Source: Nitrospirota bacterium (lineage in GTDB: Bacteria; Nitrospirota; Thermodesulfovibrionia; UBA6902). Taken from it: a DNA stretch of 64,000 bases. A program made the position numbers and the translations under genes. Below the pieces are notes generated by a model. The model was not told the DNA's origin. It did not search any database and saw nothing but the letters and a program-made list of their open reading frames with translations. The first letter of the stretch is position 1. Each line of letters begins with the position of its first letter. The DNA lies in NCBI GenBank assembly GCA_016214845.1, contig JACRMS010000028.1, positions 16,070 through 80,069 on the forward strand, written 5' to 3'. Shown piece after piece: positions 9,812-19,064 of the stretch.

Positions 9812-10342
9812 TTACGAAATACTCCACTCTTTGTCATGAGTGTGCAACTCTTTCAGCTCTTCAAATCCCCTGTACTCCACGCCTTCTTTCCCCTTCAAAG
9901 GATAATCTTTCCTGAGAGGGAACCCTTCCCAGTCATCAGGCATCAGTATGCGCCGCAGATCAGGGTGCCCGTTAAAAATAATCCCGAACATGTCGCAGGC
10001 CTCTCTCTCATGCCAGTTGGCGCCGTTCCAGATCGGCACAACGCTGTCAACGGTTGGGTTGTCTTCCGGTATCAGGGCCTTCAGAATGATCCTGTGATTA
10101 TGTTTTATGGAATAAAGGTTGTAAATCACTTCAAAACGAAATTTCTTGTCCGGGTAATCAACGCCGCACAGGTCAGCTAAAAAATTCATACTGACATCAG
10201 GGTCTTCATAAAGGTAGCGGCATATGTCAGTGGTCCTTTCCGACTTTACGCTTACAAAGACCTGGTCCCTGAAGCTCGTGATGTCCACGACATCAAGCGG
10301 GAATTTTTCTCTGATCTTATTTGCTATATCTAATGGTTCCAT
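9812..10342 (-). CDS. nuoC: NADH-quinone oxidoreductase subunit C (30 kDa)
   Basis: 176-aa protein with a NuoC-like core (HPDLRRILMPDDWEGFPLRKDYPL). Confidence 0.85.
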   Translation of the reverse strand: MEPLDIANKIREKFPLDVVDITSFRDQVFVSVKSERTTDICRYLYEDPDVSMNFLADLCGVDYPDKKFRFEVIYNLYSIKHNHRIILKALIPEDNPTVDSVVPIWNGANWHEREACDMFGIIFNGHPDLRRILMPDDWEGFPLRKDYPLKGKEGVEYRGFEELKELHTHDKEWSIS

Positions 10343-10348
10343 TTTATT

Positions 10349-10380
10349 AGCTATAAGCTGATAGCTGTAAGCTATGAGCT
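10349..10380. repeat. Tandem AGCTNTN heptamers (AGCTATA AGCTGAT AGCTGTA AGCTATG) in the nuoB-nuoC gap
   Basis: Read directly from the sequence. A related AGCT-heptamer tract occurs at 60672-60712. Confidence 0.55.
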
Positions 10381-10382
10381 TT

Positions 10383-10901
10383 TCATCTCCACGGGCTCCA
10401 TCTGAAATATTCCTTTTCCATTTTGTCCTGAAGCTTTATTAACCCCTCCATCAGGGCTTCGGGCCTTGGCGGACATCCGGGGATATAAACATCTACCGGC
10501 AGAAAGGCGTCGCATCCCTGAACGACCGAGTAGGTATTGAATATCCCGCCTGAACAAGCGCAGCTGCCCATTGCGATCACGTAGCGGGGCTCAGGCATCT
10601 GGTCGTAAACCCTTCTGACAACAGGGGCCATTTTCTTTGTTACCGTACCTGCGATAATAATAACGTCGGCCTGTCTTGGAGAGGCGCGGAACACTATCCC
10701 GAAACGGTCAAGGTCGTAATGGCTTGCGCCGGTTGCCATCATTTCAATGGCGCAGCAGGCAAGGCCGAAGGTCATGGGCCAGAGAGAGTTTTTCCTTCCC
10801 CAGTTAATGACCTTATCGAGGGAGGTAATGATGGTGTTGCCTCCCGGTATGATCTTTGTGCCTTCTTCGACTTCTATTAAATCCGTTCCCGGTATTATCA
10901 T
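10383..10901 (-). CDS. nuoB: NADH-quinone oxidoreductase subunit B (20 kDa; 4Fe-4S N2)
   Basis: Motifs [18 protein letters not shown] and IPGCPPRPE. Confidence 0.9.
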   Translation of the reverse strand: MIIPGTDLIEVEEGTKIIPGGNTIITSLDKVINWGRKNSLWPMTFGLACCAIEMMATGASHYDLDRFGIVFRASPRQADVIIIAGTVTKKMAPVVRRVYDQMPEPRYVIAMGSCACSGGIFNTYSVVQGCDAFLPVDVYIPGCPPRPEALMEGLIKLQDKMEKEYFRWSPWR

Positions 10902-10912
10902 TTAATGGACCT

Positions 10913-10990
10913 TCGTAATTCGTGATGCGTAATGAGTAATGTGTAATGGATATTTTGTTCAAACACTTTACGCATTACGCTTAACGCTTC
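10913..10990. repeat. Imperfect palindrome built from CGTAATG-type heptamers in the nuoA-nuoB gap
   Basis: gtaattcgtgatgcgtaatgagtaatgtgtaatgga ... ttacgcattacgcttaacgcttcacgg. Confidence 0.55.
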
Positions 10991-10998
10991 ACGGTTTT

Positions 10999-11370
10999 TC
11001 ATTCCCACTCGAACGCGCCCTTCTTCCAGACATATATATAGCCGACTAAGAGGATGAACATGAACAGCATCATTTCTACAAAGCCGAATATTCCGAGTTT
11101 ATCATAAGCGACCGCCCACGGATACAGGAAAACCGCTTCAACGTCAAACACGACAAAGAGCATTGCTACGATGTAAAACTTAACGGAAAATTTGTATCGC
11201 GGTTCGCCGACCGGGGGGTTTCCTGATTCATAAGGGAAGAGCTTTTGCGTATATGGCCTCCTGGGCCTGACAAGGATTCCGATTACCAGGGAGCCGAGCC
11301 CGATGAATAACGCAATCAGCACAATGATTACAACCGGGAAATAATCTGATGGAATAAATGTTCCTGGCAT
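10999..11370 (-). CDS. nuoA: NADH-quinone oxidoreductase subunit A
   Basis: 123-aa membrane protein with three TM helices, the first gene of the operon (nuoA to nuoL, all minus strand). Confidence 0.85.
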   Translation of the reverse strand: MPGTFIPSDYFPVVIIVLIALFIGLGSLVIGILVRPRRPYTQKLFPYESGNPPVGEPRYKFSVKFYIVAMLFVVFDVEAVFLYPWAVAYDKLGIFGFVEMMLFMFILLVGYIYVWKKGAFEWE

Positions 11371-11477
11371 AACGCTGTTTTTTATACAAAAAAACAGACA
11401 CCCTTGTCAAATTAATCTTGTTTATCGTTCTATAACGCTTACAGGAAATGGACCGCGCGATACCTGTTAAAGCCGTC

Positions 11478-11540
11478 ATGAGTAATGCGTTATAAGTTGT
11501 TCTTTGCACCCATTACGCGTTACGCATCACGCGTTACGAT
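11478..11540. repeat. GTAATG/CATTAC heptamer palindrome upstream of nuoA, in the divergent promoter region shared with the kinase gene
   Basis: atgagtaatgcgttataag...cccattacgcgttacgcatcacgcgttacg. It uses the same oligo family as the element at 10913-10990. Confidence 0.5.
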
Positions 11541-11624
11541 TTTTAAAGGCGCTTTATAAGAAAATGAAATCCTTTCATTTTGTCCTTTTAAAAATTTCAA
11601 AAGCATCCTATAATACTCCCCATT

Positions 11625-13226
11625 ATGAAGACCATCTTCAATTTCAGAAACCCCGAAAAATCCATTGCGACAAAACTCGTCATTGCAATCGGCCTGCTGA
11701 TCAGCATCGTAAGCTTTATTTTCTGGTATGCCATCCTGAAGAAACAGGAAGTGGACATCAGGTCCATAGCCGTAAAATACGGCGGGTCCTTCGTGAATTT
11801 TACAAAAGAGAGCATTCATCACAGCCTGCTGACATTCCAGCGCGAAGAGACACAGCGGGTGCTTGAAACTCTCGCCACACCTGAGGGCGTCAGGAGAGTA
11901 AGAATCTATAATCATCAAGGCACCATACTCTTCTGCTCGCACAAACAAAGCGTAGGGCAGATCATCGATAAGAACTCTGTCGCTTGCAAGGGCTGCCATG
12001 TTGAACCCGCTAAGTCTCCGGCGCTCCTGCAGACGCCTCAGGTATGGTCTGTTTACAAGGACAAAGGCGCCACTCACCTTAAAATTGTCGGGCCGATACC
12101 GAATGAACCGGGCTGTTCTACTGCAAGTTGTCACGCGCATCCCGAAGGGCAGAAGATCCTCGGATTTGTCGAGGCGGACCTGTCCCTGGCATTTCTTGAC
12201 GAGGCGCTTTTCAAGCAGGGTCTTGCCCTTACAGCCTACGTTGTAATATTCGTTATTGCCGTGTCGGTGTTCCTCGGAATAATTATCTACAAGATCGTTT
12301 CCAAGCCTGTCAGAGACTTAGTCAGCGGCATGGAGGAGGTCGCTGGCGGCAATCTCAATTACTCCGTCTCAATAAAATCCGCGGACGAGATGGGTGTGCT
12401 GGCCCAGACATTTAACTCTATGATCAAAGACCTGAAGGCGGCACGCGACCAGAGTGAGAAATTTACCCAGACACTTGAAGCGGAGGTAGCAAAGAAGACG
12501 GAGGAGATCCAAAAGACCCACACGAACCTCATGCAGACTGAAAAACTCGCCTCTCTCGGCAGGATGGCCGCAGGCGTGGCCCATGAAATCAACAACCCGC
12601 TGACAGGCGTTGTAACTTTTGCATATCTTTTAAAGAAGCGTTTTCCGGCAAACAGCTCTGAGTCGGAAGACCTGAATGTCATCATCGAACAGGCGGAGAG
12701 GTGTTCAAAGATAATAAAAAACCTTCTGACCTTTGCGCGCGCCACGCCCTCTGAAAAAGGGAAGGTCAGCATAAACGACATATTGAGCCGGACCATATTC
12801 ATGGTGCAGAACCAGGAGAAGTTCCATCACATCAAGTTCAATATTAACCTGGAGACTTTCCAGTTTATAATTGTCGGCGACCCGTCGCAATTCCAGCAGA
12901 TATTCCTGAATATGTTCATCAACGCGGCTGACGCCATGAACGGCAGGGGCAATATATTTGTTGCAACCCGCAGGATGACTGAAAACAATAAAGCCTATGT
13001 GGAGATAGAATTTACTGACGAGGGGAGCGGTATAAAAGAAGAGGACATGCCGAAGCTCTTTGAACCGTTCTTTACAACGAAGCCTGTTGGGAAAGGCACG
13101 GGGCTTGGACTTTCCGTCAGCCACGGTATCGTTAAACATTTGGGCGGCTATATCAAGGTGCAAAGCGCCGTTGGCAAAGGTACAAGCTTTTTTGTTAGAC
13201 TACCTTTAGCGGAAGAGGGAAAATGA
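11625..13226 (+). CDS. Sensor histidine kinase (2 TM, periplasmic domain with CxxCH motif, HAMP, HisKA, HATPase_c)
   Basis: TM helices at about aa 18-40 and 205-228. The periplasmic segment contains CKGCH (CxxCH) and CSTASCH. HAMP-like linker, H-box AHEINNPL, and G-boxes GSGIKEED and GKGTGLGLS. Confidence 0.8.
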   Translation: MKTIFNFRNPEKSIATKLVIAIGLLISIVSFIFWYAILKKQEVDIRSIAVKYGGSFVNFTKESIHHSLLTFQREETQRVLETLATPEGVRRVRIYNHQGTILFCSHKQSVGQIIDKNSVACKGCHVEPAKSPALLQTPQVWSVYKDKGATHLKIVGPIPNEPGCSTASCHAHPEGQKILGFVEADLSLAFLDEALFKQGLALTAYVVIFVIAVSVFLGIIIYKIVSKPVRDLVSGMEEVAGGNLNYSVSIKSADEMGVLAQTFNSMIKDLKAARDQSEKFTQTLEAEVAKKTEEIQKTHTNLMQTEKLASLGRMAAGVAHEINNPLTGVVTFAYLLKKRFPANSSESEDLNVIIEQAERCSKIIKNLLTFARATPSEKGKVSINDILSRTIFMVQNQEKFHHIKFNINLETFQFIIVGDPSQFQQIFLNMFINAADAMNGRGNIFVATRRMTENNKAYVEIEFTDEGSGIKEEDMPKLFEPFFTTKPVGKGTGLGLSVSHGIVKHLGGYIKVQSAVGKGTSFFVRLPLAEEGK

Positions 13227-13603
13227 AAAAAATACTGGTAATTGACGACGAAGCGATTGTAAGGACAAGCTGCGAAAGGGCCCTTGGACCGGAAGGCTAT
13301 GAAGTGAAAACAGTGGCCAGCGGCAGGGAGGGAGTTGAGCTCCTCAGGAAAGAGACTTTCGGACTGGTCCTGCTTGACCTGAAGATGCCTGACATGGACG
13401 GCATCGAGGTTTTAAACCTGATCAACACAAACTGGCCGAATACCAAGGTCGTTATGGTCACTGGTTACAGCACCGTCGAGACTGCTGTGCAGGCCCTCAG
13501 ACTTGGCGCGTATAATTTTATTGAAAAACCATTTACCCCCGACACGCTGGTTGCTGCTGTCAAAGAGGTTTTTGAAAATTCAGGGGACATTAAAAAGGAT
13601 TAA
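13223..13603 (+). CDS. Stand-alone receiver-domain response regulator (CheY-like)
   Basis: DDE(11-13), D in LLDLKMPDMDG, T in MVTGY and K in EKPFTP. There is no output domain. Its start overlaps the kinase stop (ATGA), suggesting translational coupling. Confidence 0.8.
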   Translation: MKKILVIDDEAIVRTSCERALGPEGYEVKTVASGREGVELLRKETFGLVLLDLKMPDMDGIEVLNLINTNWPNTKVVMVTGYSTVETAVQALRLGAYNFIEKPFTPDTLVAAVKEVFENSGDIKKD

Positions 13604-13654
13604 TGAGGAAGGCATCTTTTTCATCCTTCCGCCTTCATCCTTAATTGAAAAAAA

Positions 13655-14005
13655 ATGACTCTCAAAGAGATAGCAGAGATCCTTGACGCAACAATTATTT
13701 CAGATTCAGATGATTTAAACGTTCAGATTGTAAACGCATGCAGCGCCGACATGATGAGCGCCGTGCTGTATTACCACACCCCGAATTCCCTGCTCATAAC
13801 CGGCCTTACCCAGCCGCATGTTATCAGGACCGCTGAGATCGCCGGCATAAAGACAATAGTGTTCGTCCTGAACAAAAAGCCTGACGCGTTAACTATCGAG
13901 CTGGCCAGGCAAAAGAAGATCCCGCTCCTCAGCACGCCGTGCTGCATGTACACCGCATCAGGAAGACTGTTCAGCGCGGGCCTGCCGGGCTGTCTGACCA
14001 AATAA
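13655..14005 (+). CDS. Small DRTGG-like domain protein
   Basis: 116-aa protein with the LLITGLTQPHVIRTAEIAGIKTIVFV pattern typical of DRTGG-like domains. These accompany GHKL ATPases in NuoEF-type hydrogenase regulatory loci. Assignment by recall only. Confidence 0.4.
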   Translation: MTLKEIAEILDATIISDSDDLNVQIVNACSADMMSAVLYYHTPNSLLITGLTQPHVIRTAEIAGIKTIVFVLNKKPDALTIELARQKKIPLLSTPCCMYTASGRLFSAGLPGCLTK

Positions 14006-14006
14006 G

Positions 14007-14444
14007 ATGGCTTTAAATATAACTGGAAATATAGACGGTATTTTTCAATTGATCGGCGGGAATTTTTCAACCGCCGGTGAGGCCTCCACCCAGTTGAAAC
14101 ATAAACTCGCTGAGATCGGTGTCGATGAGGAAATTATCAGGCGCGCGACCATAGCGACCTTTGAGGCTGAGATGAACGTGATAATATACGCGGCCGCGGG
14201 CTGGCTTCATTACTACATCACCCCTGAAAGCATAAAAATAAGAATAGAAGACATGGGTCCCGGAATCGAGAACATTGAACTGGCAATGCAGGAAGGCTAT
14301 TCCACGGCGCCTGAATGGGTCAGGGAAATGGGCTGGGGCGCGGGCATGGGGCTGCCGAACATGAAAAAAAATTCCGATACATTCACAGTCGACTCGGTTG
14401 TCGGCGAAGGCACAACAGTGGAGATGGTCATAAATTTTCCTTAA
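14007..14444 (+). CDS. GHKL-type ATPase (anti-sigma-factor/Ser-kinase-like HATPase_c)
   Basis: 145 aa with GPGIENIE and GWGAGMGL G-box-like motifs, the size of an RsbW/SpoIIAB-class protein. It is tightly linked to 13655 (1-nt gap). Confidence 0.55.
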   Translation: MALNITGNIDGIFQLIGGNFSTAGEASTQLKHKLAEIGVDEEIIRRATIATFEAEMNVIIYAAAGWLHYYITPESIKIRIEDMGPGIENIELAMQEGYSTAPEWVREMGWGAGMGLPNMKKNSDTFTVDSVVGEGTTVEMVINFP

Positions 14445-14447
14445 CCT

Positions 14448-14610
14448 TTTAGATAACAGATAACCACAGAGGACACGGAGATAAAAATAAAACAATCCAC
14501 AGATCTCTCAGATTGCACAGAGTTAGAAAAAACTCCTATTGAAAATCTGTGCAATCTGCGAAATCTGTGGACAATAAAATTCCTCTGTGACCTCTGTGGT
14601 TAATAGTTAA
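14448..14610. repeat. Cluster of CACAGAG/ATCTGTG heptamer and 9-mer repeats forming a long hairpin in front of ORF 14624
   Basis: tccacagatctctcagattgcacagag (14490-14516) is the reverse complement of tctgtgcaatctgcgaaatctgtgga (14547-14572). The same triple AATCTGYGN motif recurs at 22373-22400. Flanking ccacagaggacacggag resembles 61722-61740. Confidence 0.55.
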
Positions 14611-14623
14611 AAGGAGAACCGAT

Positions 14624-14956
14624 ATGAAAGTCAAAGACCTTGTTGATCAATTGTCTCTGGATGTCAGATCATTTAATGACGGCCTTGGAAATGACATAAC
14701 CGGGGCATATGTCAGCGACCTGCTTTCCGATGTGATGGGAAACAGCAAAAAGGGGAATGTCTGGATAACCCTTCAGACCCATCTGAATATTGTTGCTGTT
14801 GCAAGCATGAAAGACCTCTCCGCTATTATAATCGTCGGAGGCAGGCAGGCGCAGGAAGAGACCATTAAAAAAGCTGAACAGGAAAAGGTCACAATACTGA
14901 CGACCGCGTTGCCTTCATTCGAGGCGTCAGGCAAAATTTATCAGATTCTTAAATAA
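14624..14956 (+). CDS. Small DRTGG-like or CBS-associated domain protein (hypothetical)
   Basis: 110 aa with a strong SD (aaaggag) 8 nt upstream and an IIIVGGRQAQEE motif. Assignment is tentative. Confidence 0.35.
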   Translation: MKVKDLVDQLSLDVRSFNDGLGNDITGAYVSDLLSDVMGNSKKGNVWITLQTHLNIVAVASMKDLSAIIIVGGRQAQEETIKKAEQEKVTILTTALPSFEASGKIYQILK

Positions 14957-15105
14957 CATTTGCCACGAATCACACGAATAATCACGAAATATCAGGCCGC
15001 AGATTTTCGCTGATATACGCGGATAAGCTTATTTTCTTAAATCATGATAATTGCTTCTGGTCTTATTTTTTATTTTCATTCGTGTTTATTCGTGTGATTC
15101 GTGGC
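14953..15105. terminator. Long imperfect inverted repeat (CACGAAT heptamers) between convergent genes, a probable bidirectional terminator
   Basis: gccacgaatcacacgaataatcacgaa (14954-14980) against ttcgtgtttattcgtgtgattcgtggc (15069-15095, reverse complement about 90% identical). About 85 nt of AT-rich sequence lies between the arms. Confidence 0.5.
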
Positions 15106-15118
15106 TAAAAAGTCTTTT

Positions 15119-16516
15119 TTACAGTGGCAAATTAATTAAAAACCGGCTGCCCTTTCCAAATGCGCTTTCCACTTTAATGTTCCCGCCGTGCGCTTCTACA
15201 ATTATCTTTGATATGCTCAAGCCAAGGCCGGTGCCGTCTTCGCTTCTTGAAGTGTCCGCCCTGTAAAACCGTTCAAATATCTTTTCCAGATCGTCCTGCC
15301 CGATGCCGGGGCCTGTGTCTAAGACTGAGATCACTGCGGTATTGTTATTTCTTGCCGTGGTAATTTCCACTGCTCCGTTTTCCTTATTGTAGTTCACGGC
15401 GTTTTCAATTATGTTCAGAAATACCTCGGTGAGCCTGTCTTTATTTCCCGTTATATTAATGTCATCTTTAAGGACCGTATTTATTGTTACGGATTTCTTT
15501 TCTGTCAGCGGCACTGCCATCTGCGCCGCTTCCCGGATGCATTCATTTAAAGATACGATCTTAAAACCATCCGGAGACAGCATCCCCGAATCAAGGCGCG
15601 CCAGGGAAAGCAGGTCTTTTATAAGCCTGCCCATGTTCTCAGAGACGGTCCTGATCGTACTCAACGCTTCAACGTATTCATCCTTTGTCCTGTCCTTTTG
15701 AAGCAGGACGTCGCAGTGGGTCTTTATCACAGTAACAGGTGTCTTAAGCTCATGGGACGCATCAGCGACAAGACGCCGCTCCGTCTCAAACGCCTTCTGG
15801 AGCCGGTCCAGCATCGCATTGAAAGAATCCGCGAGCACGGACAGCTCATTGGTCACTGCCTCAACGTCTATCCTCTTGCTGAGGGTTTTATGGGTGATGT
15901 TTTCGATATCGGAAGAAAATATTTTTAAAGGATCCAAAGAATGATTTGCCGCCCACAGCCCTGCAAAACTGATTATAAGGATACCCACGGAAGCCGCGAT
16001 CAGCAAAAAACGTTTAAACATATTGATCATCTCAAGGCTGTCAGCGATGCTTTCGGCGGCAAATACGCTGACGGGAATGCCGAGGAAGTCAAGGTCATGC
16101 TGTTTTATCCGCACCGGTTCGTTGTCTGGCCCGACGGATGTATAGACCCTTTCACTGAGCGCTTCATCGTAATATTCAAGTTTGGCTGATGTTAAATTAA
16201 TATCCTCATCGGCAAGTGAAGGTGATGCCGCAAGCAGCCTTCCGTTCATCAGCACCTGGTAGTAATGTCCCGAGCGCGGGATGGAATACGCCCCTGCGAT
16301 GATCTCGGAGAGTTCAAGCTCTATCCTGCCGTCTTCTTCGTGAAGTAAACCCGTAATGACCTGAAGCTGCGAATGGAGCGCCCGGTCAACAGAGGCAAAG
16401 ATGATCCGCTCTACCTCATGATAGAGGAACAGACTGACGGTAATAAGCAGAATGGACGTCAAACTGAGGAACCAGAAGAATAACCTGCCCTTGATGGATT
16501 TGGGGAATATCTTCAC
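15119..16516 (-). CDS. Sensor histidine kinase (2 TM, periplasmic sensor, HAMP, HisKA, HATPase_c)
   Basis: H-box SHELKTP and G-boxes DTGPGIGQDD and GTGLGLSISK. Its stop abuts the start of the upstream regulator 16517-17188 (no intergenic gap). Confidence 0.8.
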   Translation of the reverse strand: MKIFPKSIKGRLFFWFLSLTSILLITVSLFLYHEVERIIFASVDRALHSQLQVITGLLHEEDGRIELELSEIIAGAYSIPRSGHYYQVLMNGRLLAASPSLADEDINLTSAKLEYYDEALSERVYTSVGPDNEPVRIKQHDLDFLGIPVSVFAAESIADSLEMINMFKRFLLIAASVGILIISFAGLWAANHSLDPLKIFSSDIENITHKTLSKRIDVEAVTNELSVLADSFNAMLDRLQKAFETERRLVADASHELKTPVTVIKTHCDVLLQKDRTKDEYVEALSTIRTVSENMGRLIKDLLSLARLDSGMLSPDGFKIVSLNECIREAAQMAVPLTEKKSVTINTVLKDDINITGNKDRLTEVFLNIIENAVNYNKENGAVEITTARNNNTAVISVLDTGPGIGQDDLEKIFERFYRADTSRSEDGTGLGLSISKIIVEAHGGNIKVESAFGKGSRFLINLPL

Positions 16517-17188
16517 TTACTCCTTTTCCAGGACATAGCCTGCGCCTCTTACCGTTCGAATAAGCTGTTTGCCGCGTCCCTTGTCAATCTTGTTTCTCAG
16601 ATAGTTGATATAGACGTCTATCACGTTGCTGTCAAGATCAAACTCCGAATCATAAATATGCTCGGTAAGTTCGGTCCTGCTTATTACCTTGCCGGTGTTG
16701 AGCGCGAGATATTCAAGCAGTTTATATTCGGTTGAAGAAAGTTTGATCTCCCTGTTGCCTCTCTTTACGGTCATGGAGTTCATGTCTATTTCGAGGTCGC
16801 CTATACCGATGGTTGACGAGGGTTTGCTCCTGCTTCTTCTTATAACGGCCTTCAGTCTTGCAAGCAGCTCTGAAAAATCAAACGGCTTTGCAATGTAGTC
16901 GTCCGCCCCGGTATTCAACCCCTTTATCCTGTCATCAACTTCCCCTCTCGCCGTTATCATAAGGACCGGCACGGCTACTTGTTTTGCCCTGATCTTTTTC
17001 AGGACTGTAAGCCCGTCCATTTTGGGAAGCATGATATCAAGAAGGATAGCGTCGTAAGAATATGTCTCTGCCATGAAAAGCCCTTCCTCGCCGTCAAAAC
17101 ATAATTCCACAACAAAGCCGTTTTCTTCAAGGCCCTTCTTCAGTATCCCCGCTAATTTCTTCTCATCTTCTACTATAAGTAAACGCAT
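16517..17188 (-). CDS. OmpR-family response regulator (REC plus winged-helix trans_reg_C)
   Basis: MRLLIVEDE...LLDIMLP receiver and a C-terminal winged helix with a GAGYVL-type end motif. Confidence 0.85.
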   Translation of the reverse strand: MRLLIVEDEKKLAGILKKGLEENGFVVELCFDGEEGLFMAETYSYDAILLDIMLPKMDGLTVLKKIRAKQVAVPVLMITARGEVDDRIKGLNTGADDYIAKPFDFSELLARLKAVIRRSRSKPSSTIGIGDLEIDMNSMTVKRGNREIKLSSTEYKLLEYLALNTGKVISRTELTEHIYDSEFDLDSNVIDVYINYLRNKIDKGRGKQLIRTVRGAGYVLEKE

Positions 17189-17253
17189 AGGATTTGGAAC
17201 AAAGTCTGCACAGGCAGTCAGGCATTTTGCCTGGCTGCCTGTGCAGGATGTTT

Positions 17254-18447
17254 TTAGTCCTCAAGCTCTATCTTGATAGCCGCATTGGTGTCGCTGTTGA
17301 TCTTGACCTCCACGATCCATCCTGTCTGAAGGTCGGTAAAACAGGCTTCGCCCTGACCCATCATGCCCTGTGTGTATTTGCACACTGTGTTATCAGTGAC
17401 AGTGATCGGGGCCGGGGCCGTGTCTAATGTGAAATCGGCTGCGCCTTTAGTAGCAACCTTTCCTTTGAGTTCCCTGTTCTGGTGCGTTTCACCTTCATCG
17501 CTGCCGGAATCAGAACCTTCACAATCCGATGATGATGATTTAGCTTCTATCTTGGTTGCAGTGATTGTAGTTGTTGAAGACAGATCATCGGATGTCTTTA
17601 TTTCGAGACAAGTATTGAGGGTGAGGGCATTCAGGCAGTTCGCCGCGCCGGAATAGTTTATATCATTCACTTCGCAGATCGTGCTGCCCGTGAGGTTAAC
17701 CGTAAAATCCGTGCTCATGTGTTTGACGGTTATACTGTCAGCCCCGACATTAGTCAATGTCCCGTGCAGATCAAATTCCGAAGCCTCTATCTCGCTTTCA
17801 GATGTAATCGGCTGCATCTTTACTTCTGTTATACACCACGAAGATGTATCAGCGGGACTTGTACACGAATACTTTTTTACCTCAAACTCTTTAAGGACAA
17901 AATCAACCACGAGCTTATCTGAGCTCAATGGCTGGACCCTGCCGTTAAACCTTATGAAGCATTTATTGCTGCCATCTGCCGGGCACTGCACTGTATCAGG
18001 CTTGTTTGGCTTTTCATCCATGTCGGAAAAGAAAGCGTTATGAGCAACGCCGCTGTTGTCCGTTATGCTTGCCATGTTCCCGATGATGATCTCAAGCCTG
18101 TTAAATGTCCCCGCAGGGAAGGTGGCAGTTGTTATTAACTGGAGAACACCGTTAAGCTTTGCAAGGTCAACTGAAAGCCCCGTTGCATTTATGTAGAGGT
18201 TCTCCTTGGTTGTACAGTCATTGTCAGAACACAGATTGATCTCATAAACAGTTACCGTTATCGCGGGGAACTGGTCTGCCGGGTCATCCGTTAAAAACAC
18301 CCCGACGCTTTTCGCCCCTGCTGAACTGTTTGAGCCTCCGCCTGAACCTGAGCCGCCTCCGCTGCCTCCGCCGCTACAGTACGCAAGTATCAATGCAACA
18401 CTTATTGCCCCTAACAGCAAAAGCATTTTTTTTCCTTTGGTAATCAT
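17254..18447 (-). CDS. Lipoprotein with Gly/Ser linker (DUF4382-like, hypothetical)
   Basis: Signal peptide and lipobox (LILAYC) followed by (GGGS)n low-complexity linker. Beta-rich and Cys-containing. Domain recall is uncertain. Confidence 0.45.
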   Translation of the reverse strand: MITKGKKMLLLLGAISVALILAYCSGGGSGGGSGSGGGSNSSAGAKSVGVFLTDDPADQFPAITVTVYEINLCSDNDCTTKENLYINATGLSVDLAKLNGVLQLITTATFPAGTFNRLEIIIGNMASITDNSGVAHNAFFSDMDEKPNKPDTVQCPADGSNKCFIRFNGRVQPLSSDKLVVDFVLKEFEVKKYSCTSPADTSSWCITEVKMQPITSESEIEASEFDLHGTLTNVGADSITVKHMSTDFTVNLTGSTICEVNDINYSGAANCLNALTLNTCLEIKTSDDLSSTTTITATKIEAKSSSSDCEGSDSGSDEGETHQNRELKGKVATKGAADFTLDTAPAPITVTDNTVCKYTQGMMGQGEACFTDLQTGWIVEVKINSDTNAAIKIELED

Positions 18448-18528
18448 GTTATTAACCTCCTGAATTTTTTCTGCTCAGCATTGAGCATTTTTTATGTGAT
18501 GCATTTCCCGGCGAACAGAGATCACGCC

Positions 18529-18849
18529 TCACTTCCTGGCCTTTTTGATCTCGATCTTATCCGCGGAAAACCCTTTCCCTTCATGTCCGCCCTTCACCTC
18601 AATATATGCGCCTGTCTCAGCCTTTCCGTGGTCCTCCTCAATCAGGGTATCGGATGTGACCAGTATCTCTCTCCCGTTCACTATCCAGGTCCCTATTAAC
18701 CCCTTTGGGAGTTCCTCTATCGTACCGTAGAGCTTGCTTTCATATCTCTTATGATGTTTATGCTCTTCGTCATCATTGCTGCCGAACACAACCCCCGCAG
18801 TCAAAGCAACTATCAATCCGATAGACAGAACAGCTGATAAGACCTTCAA
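18529..18849 (-). CDS. Small secreted protein (DUF5666-like, hypothetical)
   Basis: 106 aa with a signal peptide and a His/Lys-rich N-region. It is adjacent to the lipoprotein and likely co-regulated by the two-component system. Confidence 0.35.
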   Translation of the reverse strand: MKVLSAVLSIGLIVALTAGVVFGSNDDEEHKHHKRYESKLYGTIEELPKGLIGTWIVNGREILVTSDTLIEEDHGKAETGAYIEVKGGHEGKGFSADKIEIKKARK

Positions 18850-19064
18850 AGCATCACCTCCTGTTTCTTGTTCTTATTCTGAACTGCATTCCTTGTCATA
18901 CCTTTTATAAAAATGATTATATCAAACCAAGATTAAAGGAAGATTAAAATCTTACGTCCCGCAGGGAAACAACTTTCCTAACGCATTGTATTTTAGTTTA
19001 AAACGCAGCTATAGAAAACCATAACGGGGTTTACAGAAAAGTCAAAAAAGAAATATGATACAAA

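Noticed and set aside
11520-12140. 206-aa minus-strand ORF overlapping the histidine kinase gene
   Set aside because: It is antisense to a well-supported kinase ORF (HAMP/HisKA/HATPase motifs), has no homology features and runs into the nuoA promoter region, so it is spurious.
14448-14610. Possible CRISPR array suggested by dense short direct repeats (CACAGAG / ATCTGTG units)
   Set aside because: The repeat units are 7-9 nt with no unique spacers of 25-40 nt, and the total length is about 160 nt. The structure is an inverted-repeat hairpin, and there are no cas genes nearby.
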